This document shows positions 1 through 9,924 of a stretch of 64,000 nucleotides of DNA, in pieces. The DNA is from Candidatus Saccharimonadales bacterium (GTDB lineage: Bacteria > Patescibacteriota > Saccharimonadia > Saccharimonadales > JBBQAJ01). The position numbers were made by a program, and so were the translations under genes. Location: positions 92,882 to 156,881 of the forward strand of contig JBBQAJ010000001.1 of NCBI GenBank assembly GCA_038316195.1, written 5' to 3'. Below the pieces are notes generated by a model, which searched no databases, had not been told where the DNA came from, and saw only the letters and a list, made by a program, of their open reading frames with translations. Within the stretch, counting starts at the first letter, position 1; the number at the start of each line of letters is the position of its first letter.

Positions 1-1244
1 GAAACCAACTTCATACCAGCTTTTCTGGGATCAGTTGGAAAATAATCTTTATCTGTTAATTCTTTCGTAACGCTATCTCTTACCTGGTTGATAGTAATAT
101 AGAATTTATTTTTTAGTGATTTTATTGCAACAACCTTGCTTTGCGTCTGGCTTGATCCGTTTTCGGTTGCTACAGTTAAATTTTCTTCAGCAAAGATCCC
201 ATCCAAAATAACTTTTTCAAAATTAGCAAGATTAGAATAATCTGAGTTCAATAATTCTAAACTGTATTCGATTTTATCTTTTCCAATTAACCTGTCTTTC
301 TTTACTTCTAATATTCTTATGTATCTTCTAATGGCCAGGTCAATAATTGATGCTGTTACATCTTTATTATCAGCACTGTAGTCGATAATAATACCTATTT
401 CCAAAGGCTTTAGGCCATTCGGTGGTTCATATTCAGGTATTATTGTTCCACTACCCTTCGAATCTTTTCCATTTTTACGCCAGTAAATCAAGGCCCATCC
501 ACCAATCAAAAGTGGTGGGAATATTATTGATAATATTTTAAAATAATTATCTTTCCACAAGTCAGCATTAGAAGTTGGGGTAAATATCCCCTTAGGAATA
601 CTGATAACGCCTGTCAGCGTTTCGCCCGGACTAAGACCACTGCGACTTTCAATTTTAATGCCGTCGCCGATATTTGAAATATTACACAGCTGATTAGTTT
701 CGCCAAATTTACCCGTATAGCATTTTGAATCGTTCACTTTTAATCCTTGCTGTAAGTGAAATGTTGCTGTTACTGAAGTAAATGTCTGCAACCACTGATT
801 TCCGTTTATGTCCCAATATAGTTCATCATGATTGTCGTAAAATGAAATCACGTTTTGAACTGTGTAATCAATTGCGTATTTTTGGTTCCCAGTAATAGTA
901 TTATTTGGGTCGCCAATCTTAATAACTGTATTACCTTTATCTTGATAAGTCGTATATTGGCTCGGTGCCCCAGTTGATGAAGTAATATTGTTAATTTTAA
1001 GTTTAAGTGAATTTTTCTTGTAGCTGTTTGGTATGGCTCTTGTAATGCCATGATTATTGTCAGAAAAAGTTAGGTCAATTTGTTCAATTATTCGCATCTC
1101 GCCTTGTGGATCGTTCCGACTCAAAACATAGTCGCCGTTAAAACTATTTACAACAAAATCATTTGTGTTGGCCTTAACCTTATGTCCGAACCCAATAATC
1201 ACAACCAATGAAGCTAAAATGGCAAGGGCGTATAATCTTTTCAT
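1..1244 (-). CDS. DUF2207-like membrane protein, 3' end cut by window edge
   Basis: My translation from ATG at 1244..1242 gives MKRLYALAILASLVVIIGFGHKVKANTNDFVVNSFNGDYVLSRNDPQGEMRIIEQIDLTF... and later ...KILSIIFPPLLIGGWALIYWRKNGKD... That is a signal peptide, an outer domain, then a TM plus basic block as in DUF2207. The frame stays open to position 1, which is why it is absent from the ORF track. Starts 1 nt after the pheT stop. Confidence 0.6.
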   Translation of the reverse strand, partial: MKRLYALAILASLVVIIGFGHKVKANTNDFVVNSFNGDYVLSRNDPQGEMRIIEQIDLTFSDNNHGITRAIPNSYKKNSLKLKINNITSSTGAPSQYTTYQDKGNTVIKIGDPNNTITGNQKYAIDYTVQNVISFYDNHDELYWDINGNQWLQTFTSVTATFHLQQGLKVNDSKCYTGKFGETNQLCNISNIGDGIKIESRSGLSPGETLTGVISIPKGIFTPTSNADLWKDNYFKILSIIFPPLLIGGWALIYWRKNGKDSKGSGTIIPEYEPPNGLKPLEIGIIIDYSADNKDVTASIIDLAIRRYIRILEVKKDRLIGKDKIEYSLELLNSDYSNLANFEKVILDGIFAEENLTVATENGSSQTQSKVVAIKSLKNKFYITINQVRDSVTKELTDKDYFPTDPRKAGMKLV

Positions 1245-1245
1245 T

Positions 1246-3768
1246 TTAAATCCGAATGGCTCCAAATTTATTGAGCATTTTTATTGATAAATTTTCTAAA
1301 ATTGTATTTACTTCTTTGCCTTTTAGCGTCTTTTCAATCGAAACTATTGAGAGTCTTAATGTTATATTTTTGTGCTGAGTATCGTCACCTTGATATATAT
1401 CAATCGGCAATAATCTAAATTGAGTATTTTTTGGTGTACCTAAATTGTCAAAAGCAAAATTAAATATATCCGCGAAAGTTGCACTTATTGGAACTTTAAG
1501 AGAGATATCCTGTGATATTTTTGGAAATTTCGATATTGGCAAATACGAATTGATACCAGTATATGCATGCATGAGAACTTTTGTATCAATTTCAAATCCG
1601 GAAGTATGAATTGGAAGTTTTAAGGTTTTGATTACCGAAGACTTGAACTCGCCAATTAAACCAATCGAAATATCTGTATTTTTCAAAACAACTTTTGCAG
1701 ATCTAGAAATATCGAATGGTTTAAACGGCTGGCTATCAAGATCTTTTACAATGTGGTACTCCAGTTCAATGTCTAATGATTTCGCTAAATAATCTAAGAA
1801 TTTTCTAGCTCGAAAATAAGCAGCGCCAACTCTTTTAAGTTTGTCATTCGCAGAATACACCAGCGATAGCAAATTAAACTCCTCAGGCAGACCCTGATCG
1901 ACTTTAGCTTGAAGCTTATTGTGTGCTTTGTTTAGCTCAAACAACACAAATTCGTCATAGCCAGACTTTATATTTGAATTAACTTTATCGAGTAAACTTG
2001 GTACTATGCTCAATCGATAATATTGCAGTTCTGGGCTCACAGCATTTTTAAGCTTGAACGCTAATTTTGAATCTTGCCCAACACTATTGATAAGTTTTTC
2101 GTGAACAAAACTGTAAGTCAAAACTTCATTTGCACCACCTTTGGCCAAGATTTCACGAATTTTTTGTTTGAATTTAAGTTCACGGTCTTCACTTATTGGA
2201 GTTAGATCTCTTTTAGGTAAAACTAATGGTAGGAGATCATAACCATATAATCTTCCTACTTCTTCTACGATGTCTTCAGGAATTTCTATATCTGTTCGCC
2301 AAAATGGTGGGGTAATCAATAGCTCATCTTTGTTGTCAGTAAGTTCAATATCAAATTCTACGTTTTCGAGAAGTTTCTGTATATCGTATGCTTCCATTTG
2401 TATTCCTAATCTTGCATTTACAAAATCAGCGCTTACCCTAACTACGTTGTTTTTGGACTTAGCATGATTATCGTCAAAAACTCTTGAAGCAACTTTTCCA
2501 CCTGCTTGAGTATAAATCTCATCAACAATTTTGGCCAAAACGGCCAAATTCTGCATGGAACTTTGGCCTTTGTTAAACCTTGTTACTGCATCGGTGAATA
2601 AACCATATTTCATACTAGTACGACGTATGCTGTACATGTCAAAATTTGCACATTCTATCACAATATTTGTGGTGGACCCGTCTACTTCTGTTTCAAAACC
2701 ACCCATTACACCACCAATTCCTACCGGTTTGTCCCCAGATGTTATAAGTACAGTGGAGTCATCGTCAAAAGTTAATTCTTTGCCGTTCAATAATTTAAGT
2801 TTTTCGCCTATTTTTGACATTCTAGTCCCTAGACTGATAGATGTTCGCTGACCACCGATCGTCAATAACTTATCTGCATCATAAGCGTGCAATGGCTGGC
2901 CCGTTTCCAGCATAAAGAAGTTTGTATAATCTACTATATTGTTGATAGATTTCTGACCGACTTTTGCTAATTCGACTCTTAACCAATTGGGGCTAGAGCC
3001 AACTTTTACACCACTCATGGCAATTGCCACAAACCTTGGAACATTTTTTGGCACAGAATTGTTTATTTTTAGCGATATTACATCAGCTTCAAGTTTTGGG
3101 AAACTTGGATTTTGGGAATACCAATTTGGACTTGTATATTTCAGGCCCTGTATGCCGGCTAGTTCCCTTGCGATTCCCAAAAAACCAAAACAATCTGGTC
3201 TATGGGTAAACATTTTGTTTTCTATGTCCACAATGTGACCATTCAGTCCGAATGCTCTAGAAAAATCAGTTCCAGGCTTAAAATCTTCCGTAATTTCCAA
3301 GATTCCTTTGTGATCGTCGCTAATAGCAAGTTCGTGGGCGCTAGCAATCATGCCAAAACTAATTTCACCACGAAGTTTCCGTGCTTCAAGGACAAAGGGT
3401 TCTTTGCCAAAACTACTCGGGACTGTAGCACCAGGTGGAAGCCAGGCAACTAATAATCCTTTACGTACATTTGATGCACCACACACCACTTGCACTAATC
3501 CATCTTTATCTCTATCAACATTTTTGACAACCCCACCATCATCAATTTTACACAAACTCAAATTGTCGGCGTTTGGATGTTTTACACATGTCACGACTTT
3601 AGCTATAACAATGTTTTTGTATTTTGGACCTAGGTCTATGACTTCTTCTACTGCTCCTAATTGTGCACCGATTTTATCGACAAGTTCGTCAATACCATTG
3701 GGCATAATTTCACTGACAGATCCGTATCGCTTATTTAATTCACGGATAGAATCAATACTAATTTTCAT
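1246..3768 (-). CDS. pheT: phenylalanine--tRNA ligase beta subunit
   Basis: 840-aa ORF. It has the N-terminal OB/tRNA-binding segment (VVTCVKHPNADNLSLCKIDDG), a B3/4-B5 core (TGQPLHAYDADKL, IGGVMGG) and a C-terminal anticodon-binding-like domain. Lies downstream of pheS. Confidence 0.95.
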   Translation of the reverse strand: MKISIDSIRELNKRYGSVSEIMPNGIDELVDKIGAQLGAVEEVIDLGPKYKNIVIAKVVTCVKHPNADNLSLCKIDDGGVVKNVDRDKDGLVQVVCGASNVRKGLLVAWLPPGATVPSSFGKEPFVLEARKLRGEISFGMIASAHELAISDDHKGILEITEDFKPGTDFSRAFGLNGHIVDIENKMFTHRPDCFGFLGIARELAGIQGLKYTSPNWYSQNPSFPKLEADVISLKINNSVPKNVPRFVAIAMSGVKVGSSPNWLRVELAKVGQKSINNIVDYTNFFMLETGQPLHAYDADKLLTIGGQRTSISLGTRMSKIGEKLKLLNGKELTFDDDSTVLITSGDKPVGIGGVMGGFETEVDGSTTNIVIECANFDMYSIRRTSMKYGLFTDAVTRFNKGQSSMQNLAVLAKIVDEIYTQAGGKVASRVFDDNHAKSKNNVVRVSADFVNARLGIQMEAYDIQKLLENVEFDIELTDNKDELLITPPFWRTDIEIPEDIVEEVGRLYGYDLLPLVLPKRDLTPISEDRELKFKQKIREILAKGGANEVLTYSFVHEKLINSVGQDSKLAFKLKNAVSPELQYYRLSIVPSLLDKVNSNIKSGYDEFVLFELNKAHNKLQAKVDQGLPEEFNLLSLVYSANDKLKRVGAAYFRARKFLDYLAKSLDIELEYHIVKDLDSQPFKPFDISRSAKVVLKNTDISIGLIGEFKSSVIKTLKLPIHTSGFEIDTKVLMHAYTGINSYLPISKFPKISQDISLKVPISATFADIFNFAFDNLGTPKNTQFRLLPIDIYQGDDTQHKNITLRLSIVSIEKTLKGKEVNTILENLSIKMLNKFGAIRI

Positions 3769-3922
3769 GCATCATCCTAGCCTTATCTTTTTCACGTGAT
3801 TGTTGAACAAACTCCAAGTTACAGGCTTTTTTATTAAAACAAAGTTCTGGACAATGTTGCGTTAAATCTTTGATTATATCTTGCAATACGTACTCCCGGC
3901 ATTGAAATGATTGGTCACTCAT
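3758..3922 (-). CDS. hypothetical 54-aa Cys-rich small protein wedged between pheS and pheT
   Basis: Below the ORF-track size cutoff; my translation is MSDQSFQCREYVLQDIIKDLTQHCPELCFNKKACNLEFVQQSREKDKARMMHEN. The ATG overlaps the pheS TGA (ATGA) and the stop lies 11 nt inside pheT. GAGG sits 8 nt upstream of the ATG. Confidence 0.35.
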   Translation of the reverse strand: MSDQSFQCREYVLQDIIKDLTQHCPELCFNKKACNLEFVQQSREKDKARMMHEN

Positions 3923-4956
3923 GAAAATTGCCTCAAAAATTCTAGTTTTCCGGAGTGAAAGCTACGAACATCTTCAATTCCATATTTCATCATTACAAGT
4001 CGATCTAATCCCAAGCCTCCTGCAAAACCCGTATATATTTTTGGATCAATTCCACCCATTTCGAGAACGTTGGGATTTATCATACCCATCCCCAATAATT
4101 CAATCCATCCAGTATGACTACAGATATTGCAACCTTTTTTCTGACAAAACGGACAACTGAGAGCTAGTTCAAAACTTGGTTCGGTGAATGGGAAATAGAA
4201 TGGCTGACTTTTAATCTCAAGTTTTTGACCGTAATATTCTTCCAAAAAAGTCTTAAATGTAGCCATCAGATTTCCAGCATTTATATTTTTATCAATATAG
4301 GTAATTTCTACCTGATAAAAAGTATGCTCGTGTCTCGCATCTACATCCTCATTCCTGAATGTTCTACCAGTGTAAACGACGCTTATTGGCTTATTAATTT
4401 TTAGATTAGGCAAATATTGCTTTTGTAATCGATTTTGCATAACACTAACATGAGCAGGTGCAATTAACCCTTCTGTGGTTATAAAGGTGTCGTATTCATC
4501 TCTCGCAGGATGATCTTGGGCGAAATTTAACGAGTCAAACATATGAAATTCATCATCAATCTCGCGAGAATCAAGATGAACAAATCCCATTCTCCCAAAA
4601 ATATCTACTACTTCTTTTAGTTCGGTAGTTAGAGGATGTAAACTGCCGTTTTCTGCTGGTAGAAGTTTTGGCTTTTGGTCAAATGGTATACTTACATCAA
4701 ACGGCGCCGTGACATCAATTGGCTGTAAGCTTTTCAGGACAGATAGTTTCTGATTTGCTAAATCTTCCAGCTCTGCTTTTAATTTATTCATCTCTTTGCC
4801 AAACTCAGCTCGTTGATTTTCTGGCATTGTTGGAATCTGGGAATATAACGACTTTAGCTCAATTGATTTTAAAATATCAAACCTGTTATCAAGTTTTAAT
4901 TGCCGAATTTTTAGCAATTTTGAAACATCTTCAATATCTGGATTTGAATATCCCAT
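3919..4956 (-). CDS. pheS: phenylalanine--tRNA ligase alpha subunit
   Basis: 345 aa with class II aaRS motifs (FRNEDVDARHEHTFYQVE, GFAGGLGLDRLVMMKYGIEDVR). Confidence 0.95.
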   Translation of the reverse strand: MGYSNPDIEDVSKLLKIRQLKLDNRFDILKSIELKSLYSQIPTMPENQRAEFGKEMNKLKAELEDLANQKLSVLKSLQPIDVTAPFDVSIPFDQKPKLLPAENGSLHPLTTELKEVVDIFGRMGFVHLDSREIDDEFHMFDSLNFAQDHPARDEYDTFITTEGLIAPAHVSVMQNRLQKQYLPNLKINKPISVVYTGRTFRNEDVDARHEHTFYQVEITYIDKNINAGNLMATFKTFLEEYYGQKLEIKSQPFYFPFTEPSFELALSCPFCQKKGCNICSHTGWIELLGMGMINPNVLEMGGIDPKIYTGFAGGLGLDRLVMMKYGIEDVRSFHSGKLEFLRQFS

Positions 4957-4996
4957 AGTTATAACCAGTATATCATCTGTGGTAATCTAGTAATAT

Positions 4997-5494
4997 ATGG
5001 CAAATTTTTCTTTTGATATTATTTCTGATTTTGACAAAGCAGAAATGAATAATGTATTTGACCAAACTCAGAGGGAAATGATCAGTAGGTATGATTTCAA
5101 AGGCACCCCCGCTGAAATTGAATGGTTAAATAGTGATAAAACTGGTCTCAAAGTAACTGGGAGTGGTGACTGGCAGATTGATGCTATTTTAGATATTTTA
5201 CGCAAAAAACTTGCGAGTAGAAGTCAGTCTCAAAAAGTTTTAGACACATCAAAAAGCCCAATTGTTGCCAATCTTAAAACTACACAAGAAGTATCATTCA
5301 AACAGGGCTTGTCTCAAGAAAATGCCAAGAAAATCACTAGCTTAATTCGCGAAAAGTACCCAAAAATTAAATCTCAAATACAAGGGGACGAGATTCGTGT
5401 AACAAGCAATAGCAAGAATGAGCTTCAAGATGTTATGGAACTTGTCAAATCACAAGATTTTGACTTTCCTGTTTCATTCACGAATTATCGTTAG
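4997..5494 (+). CDS. yajQ: YajQ family nucleotide (c-di-GMP)-binding protein
   Basis: 165 aa. The N-terminus SFDIISDFDKAEMNNVFDQTQREMISRYDFKGT matches the UPF0234/YajQ signature. Confidence 0.85.
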   Translation: MANFSFDIISDFDKAEMNNVFDQTQREMISRYDFKGTPAEIEWLNSDKTGLKVTGSGDWQIDAILDILRKKLASRSQSQKVLDTSKSPIVANLKTTQEVSFKQGLSQENAKKITSLIREKYPKIKSQIQGDEIRVTSNSKNELQDVMELVKSQDFDFPVSFTNYR

Positions 5495-5512
5495 CACTGT
5501 ATACTTTTAGTC

Positions 5513-6853
5513 ATGGAAATCGATTCAGGGGAATTGGAAGATTTACAACCAGATATTCTTGAGAGAGCCAAGTCAGTATTGGAATTGAATGACCAGGGTC
5601 AATATACAGGGCCTGCTGAATTTTATTCACACCAGTGGCTTTGGGATAGTTGTTTTGTGTCAATAGGCTTGAGACATCTGGATATTGATAGAGCAAAAAT
5701 AGAAATACTAAGTTTACTTAGAGGTCAGTGGCATAATGGCATGATTCCTAATATGATTTTTGCAAAAGGAGACAGATTCATTCGGGACAGAAATATGTGG
5801 CATAGCTGGCAAAATCCAAATTCTCCTGACAACGTTGGTACAAGTGGAATAACACAGCCGCCTATGTTGGCAGAAGCAATCGTTAAAATAGCTCAAAAAT
5901 TGAAAAAAGGCGAAAAACGTAGTTGGTACAAGCAAGTTTTCCCAGCATTACTGGCATATCATCAATGGTTATACACAGACAGAGACCCACATAATGAAGG
6001 ATTAGTTTTACTAATACATCCCTGGGAATCAGGGCTAGATAACACACCACCATGGATGAGTGAGCTCCATGAACATCAGTTAGCTGTTTGGATTAGAATC
6101 GTTAAGAAACTGAAAGCTGGTTGGTTAATAAATCTTTTTCGTCGGGATACCAAAACAGTGCCGGCAGAAGAAAGAATTGATTCCATTGAAGCTTTGGCGT
6201 TCTATAGCGCACTCCGACGACTAAGGCGCAAGAACTATGATATTGACAAAATTCTGTCAGGATCGCTTTTCGCTATTGAAGATTTAAACTTTAACTGCAT
6301 ATTCATAAGGGCGAATCAGCATTTAAAAGACATAGCAGATTTCTTAAAGCAAGATTTACCTAAAGAACTACTTGAAAGCATTCAAAAAAGTGAATCAGCA
6401 TTACACGAACTTTGGGATCCGTATTCTGGACAATATTATTCACGCAACTTTGTAACTCATAATTTACTTAAAGAACCTAGTATAGCAACTTTAATGCCAT
6501 TATACGCTGGTACAATTAGCAAAGAGAGAGCAGCCCAACTTGTGCGAATGCTGGAGAACCAACACGTTTTTGGAACTAACTATCCGATACCAAGTGTACC
6601 TATGAATTCGCAATGGTTTGCCGAACATGCATATTGGCAAGGTCCAACATGGGTAAATACTAACTGGCTTATTATTGACGGCCTTCGTCGTATGGGCTAT
6701 GAGGATCATGCAGATGCGCTAACTGAGTCAACGCTGGAAATGGTAAAACAATCTGGATGTTACGAGTATTTTAGCCCCATAAATGGGACGCCTGCAGGAG
6801 CGCCAAATTTCTCATGGACTGCAGCCCTAACAATTGATTTATTAAAAAACTAA
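5513..6853 (+). CDS. (alpha/alpha)6-barrel glycoside hydrolase, GH63/MGH1-like (glucosyl- or mannosyl-glycerate hydrolase / trehalase-like)
   Basis: 446 aa with YSHQWLWDSCFVSIGL, IHPWESGLDNTPPW and YWQGPTWVNTNWL, blocks typical of this six-hairpin hydrolase family. Confidence 0.65.
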   Translation: MEIDSGELEDLQPDILERAKSVLELNDQGQYTGPAEFYSHQWLWDSCFVSIGLRHLDIDRAKIEILSLLRGQWHNGMIPNMIFAKGDRFIRDRNMWHSWQNPNSPDNVGTSGITQPPMLAEAIVKIAQKLKKGEKRSWYKQVFPALLAYHQWLYTDRDPHNEGLVLLIHPWESGLDNTPPWMSELHEHQLAVWIRIVKKLKAGWLINLFRRDTKTVPAEERIDSIEALAFYSALRRLRRKNYDIDKILSGSLFAIEDLNFNCIFIRANQHLKDIADFLKQDLPKELLESIQKSESALHELWDPYSGQYYSRNFVTHNLLKEPSIATLMPLYAGTISKERAAQLVRMLENQHVFGTNYPIPSVPMNSQWFAEHAYWQGPTWVNTNWLIIDGLRRMGYEDHADALTESTLEMVKQSGCYEYFSPINGTPAGAPNFSWTAALTIDLLKN

Positions 6854-7093
6854 GTACCGTAGTAATAACAAAAAAGTCTTTGGGACTTAATTATTAATAG
6901 TAAGTAAATTAAAAAGAATGCTTCCAATTAATTTTTTTGTAAATATTCTATAATTTCTTAATATTTATTAATTCAACTATTTACTAAAAGCATAAAATTC
7001 AAAACTTCACATAATTTATTAGTTCAGTTATCTTAGACTTCTATTGAATTGCCGATACTTCAACTAGACAATGTAATTACCAATTTTTGCAAT

Positions 7094-8167
7094 TTATTCA
7101 TCATCATTTAACCGTGGTTTGTCGATTAATAGAGGTTCAATTCCTACATTTCCTCCTGAAATTTTTACTACATCTTTGTCAACCTTGCCTAACTCTTTGT
7201 GAGCATTATTAAAATGTCCAACTGAAGCCCCTAAGCTGTTGCCAACTTTTTGCATGTAACTATCAAATCCTCGTAGATGCTTCCCCAATTGTTCAACGTT
7301 CTTCCTAATAATTTCTGTATCTTTTTGTATTTCTAAACTATTTAACCCTTGTGAAATTATTTGCAACATTGCCGACAAAGTACTTGGCCCTACTATAGTC
7401 ACCCTCTTTTCGACAGCTGCATATTGCATTAGATCACGTCCATTTACGCCACTATTTCCGACTTTGTTTGCCAGAAGGTCGTAATATATCGCCTCACTTG
7501 GTATAAACATCAAAGCCTGTTCCAATGTGCCCTTCTTTGGCAAAATATATTTAGCTGTTTCATCTATGCGTTTTTTGAGATCTTCTTTAAAAGCTTTTTC
7601 AAATGCTGGGCGAGCTTCATTCTTGGCTTCTACCAACCGATTGTAATTTTCTAAACTGAATTTACTGTCAATCGGCAAAATTTTGCCATCTAACCATATA
7701 ACTGCATCCACAATCATCCCATCAGCTAGCTTGTGTTGCAATTCGTATGTCCCATTGGGAAGCAGGTTTTGTAAGATTTGCTCAAGATAAAATTCTCCCA
7801 ACACTCCTCGCTGTTTTGGATTGGACAACACATTTTGTAGAACCTTGAGCTCGCTGGCTATGTCACCGACTTGTTGATTGGTTTTTTCCAGTTGAGTTAA
7901 TTTCTCAGTTACATCTTTGATAATAGTTGCACTTGTCTGAAACTGCTTTGACATCTGTGCACTACTTTTATCAAGTCGTTCATTGATATCTCGCTGTAGT
8001 CCGTCTTTTAGTTTGGTGACACTGTCGTTTAGTTGCAATAAGTCTTGTTTGAGCATTAGAGCATTTTGATTATTGTTGACAGGTTTATTGCTCTTAATTA
8101 ATATGATTATGCCCCCTATTAGCAATACCAAAACGCATATCCCCAAAATAATAACGACAATAATCAT
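7094..8167 (-). CDS. rmuC: DNA recombination protein RmuC
   Basis: 357 aa: N-terminal TM, long coiled coil, then the RmuC nuclease-like core (MFIPSEAIYYDLL, VGPSTLSAMLQ). Confidence 0.85.
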   Translation of the reverse strand: MIIVVIILGICVLVLLIGGIIILIKSNKPVNNNQNALMLKQDLLQLNDSVTKLKDGLQRDINERLDKSSAQMSKQFQTSATIIKDVTEKLTQLEKTNQQVGDIASELKVLQNVLSNPKQRGVLGEFYLEQILQNLLPNGTYELQHKLADGMIVDAVIWLDGKILPIDSKFSLENYNRLVEAKNEARPAFEKAFKEDLKKRIDETAKYILPKKGTLEQALMFIPSEAIYYDLLANKVGNSGVNGRDLMQYAAVEKRVTIVGPSTLSAMLQIISQGLNSLEIQKDTEIIRKNVEQLGKHLRGFDSYMQKVGNSLGASVGHFNNAHKELGKVDKDVVKISGGNVGIEPLLIDKPRLNDDE

Positions 8168-8199
8168 ATCTTTATTGTACAGGACAAGATTGCAGTGGG

Positions 8200-9081
8200 C
8201 TACAGATTCAAATCAGGAATATCGAAGTTATCACATGGAGCGTCATAAGGGTTGATTGTAGAGCATAGATTGTCATGATTTTTCATTCGGGGCTGCTGGA
8301 CGTCTATGTATTTATGGGCGAGCTGGATTGAAAAGCCGACTAAAACTACACCAAGTAAAAAAATCAATGGCTGTGGATCCAAAAACTTCTTTTTTGATGA
8401 ATTTTCATGAATTTCTGGAATGATGTCACTGAGTGCTATGTAAAGCAAGAATCCCGAACTCATACCTAATAATATGCCGGTCGGAATTGAATTTGAAGTA
8501 CCTAGCAAAAATAATAAAGCAGACACAATAACCGTACCAAGATTGCTAGCTATTGTGAATAGCCATGCCCCTCGCTTACTTACCTTTTTGCCTAACAATA
8601 GCCCAAAGTCAGCAGCATTATGCGGAACTTCATGCAATGCTACAGCAAAAGTTGTAACTATTCCGGTAGGTACACTGACAAGGAATGAAGCTGCAATTGC
8701 AACACCATCGAGAGCATTATGAATGCTGTTGCCCGTCATTATAAGTGGCACTGATGGATCTCGATTGCTATCGGCCTTACCATGATTATGATGGAACCAA
8801 TCCAAAAATCGTTCGGCAAAGAAAAATAATAATATACCGATTAACGTGGAAAGTAGCACTGTTTGTGGCGAAGCTTCACTGAGCCCGTCCTTGAGTAAGT
8901 CCAAGAATACAGCTGAAAGCAATGCCCCGGCAGCAAACGGCGTAGCGTAGGTGATAAGTTTTTTTGATGGGCGTTTACGAACAAATAACAATAAACAACC
9001 TGTTAACGATATGAGCCCACCAATAACGGAAAACAAAATAACAGAATTAATAGAAGTTACAGAAGCGAGTCCAATAATCAT
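8200..9081 (-). CDS. ZIP family divalent metal transporter (ZupT-like)
   Basis: 293 aa, polytopic. Carries the ZIP signatures HNALDGVAIA and HEVPHNAADFGLLL, plus a short Cys/Asp-rich C-terminal tail. Confidence 0.8.
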   Translation of the reverse strand: MIIGLASVTSINSVILFSVIGGLISLTGCLLLFVRKRPSKKLITYATPFAAGALLSAVFLDLLKDGLSEASPQTVLLSTLIGILLFFFAERFLDWFHHNHGKADSNRDPSVPLIMTGNSIHNALDGVAIAASFLVSVPTGIVTTFAVALHEVPHNAADFGLLLGKKVSKRGAWLFTIASNLGTVIVSALLFLLGTSNSIPTGILLGMSSGFLLYIALSDIIPEIHENSSKKKFLDPQPLIFLLGVVLVGFSIQLAHKYIDVQQPRMKNHDNLCSTINPYDAPCDNFDIPDLNL

Positions 9082-9111
9082 TAGTTAATATTTTATCATG
9101 ACGAGACTAAA

Positions 9112-9137
9112 AGACCCCAGGCAATAACCTAGGGTCT
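9112..9137 (-). terminator. terminator-like hairpin 31 nt upstream of the ZIP transporter start
   Basis: Minus-strand RNA reads AGACCCUAGG-UUAUUG-CCUGGGGUCU followed by UUUAGU. The stem is 10 bp with one G-U. A second hairpin, UGGAAG-N7-CUUCCA, lies at 9139..9157. Confidence 0.45.
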
Positions 9138-9287
9138 GTGGAAGCCTCACACTTCCACTTCTAGCTTATGCCTTGATTTAAAGTATTGCAAGTCTTATTA
9201 ATGCTAAACTTAACCCTTATAAAAGATCACTTAAATCGGTGTGATTTTAATCACTTTATTGCTCAAAAATTTATTGAATTTGTAACT

Positions 9288-9830
9288 TTATTTTCTTGAA
9301 TTACTTAATACTGATCCGTCGCTATTTATGCAAAATGGTTCAATATCAGAAGGAATATTATATTTTTCTACGATACTACAATTAGGCAATGCACCTTGAG
9401 ATTGGTCGACACCGTTTTTAAATGGAGCGAAATAATCTGTCGGTTTTATAAGTTCCCATTTTCCATTTTGCTCCACAGCCATAATGTAGCTGGAGAGATT
9501 CCATGAACAACCATAAGCAATTTTGGCAAATTGATCTTTAGATACTTGGTAAACGCCCCAAAGTCCTATCCCATCTGGAGAGTTTGGTCCACGAAATGCC
9601 TTGCAATCTTTTTTTGTTGCCAAAAATTTACTTAGATCTCTGGGAATTTTAACGGAATTATCAGCTGACCATATGAGATTAGTAGGGTTTTGTCGATTTA
9701 TAAGATATTTTGTAGATACTACACCTATCATTAAACCAAACAAGCCAGCTGATAATGGTATGGCTATACTAGCCAACTTCTTGCGATCTTTTTTGGACAA
9801 CTTAAGTTTAAAGCGTTTTTTCTTAGGCAT
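9288..9830 (-). CDS. hypothetical N-terminally anchored extracytoplasmic protein
   Basis: 180 aa: Lys-rich N-terminus (MPKKKRFKLKLSKKDRKK), one TM, then a Cys-containing soluble domain. No motif recognised. Confidence 0.5.
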   Translation of the reverse strand: MPKKKRFKLKLSKKDRKKLASIAIPLSAGLFGLMIGVVSTKYLINRQNPTNLIWSADNSVKIPRDLSKFLATKKDCKAFRGPNSPDGIGLWGVYQVSKDQFAKIAYGCSWNLSSYIMAVEQNGKWELIKPTDYFAPFKNGVDQSQGALPNCSIVEKYNIPSDIEPFCINSDGSVLSNSRK

Positions 9831-9924
9831 GTATTTTGCTTATGTTAACAAATCAAGCTTACCACAATCATAGTAGCACTTTGTTGCATGCAATTAACTT
9901 TAGCATTACAATTCGTACAAGTAT

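Noticed and set aside
848-1051. 67-aa minus-strand ORF from the track
   Set aside because: It lies out of frame inside the much longer DUF2207-like reading frame (1..1244), which has a signal peptide and family-typical sequence. Its composition looks like an off-frame read.
2270-3799. Cluster of plus-strand ORFs (2270, 2531, 2987, 3024, 3202, 3350) opposite pheT
   Set aside because: All are antisense to a confidently identified 840-aa pheT. They are Ser/Leu/Phe-rich shadow ORFs with no SD and no motifs. The same reasoning applies to shadow ORFs opposite typA, metK, cyoB, leuS, ligA, murF and others.
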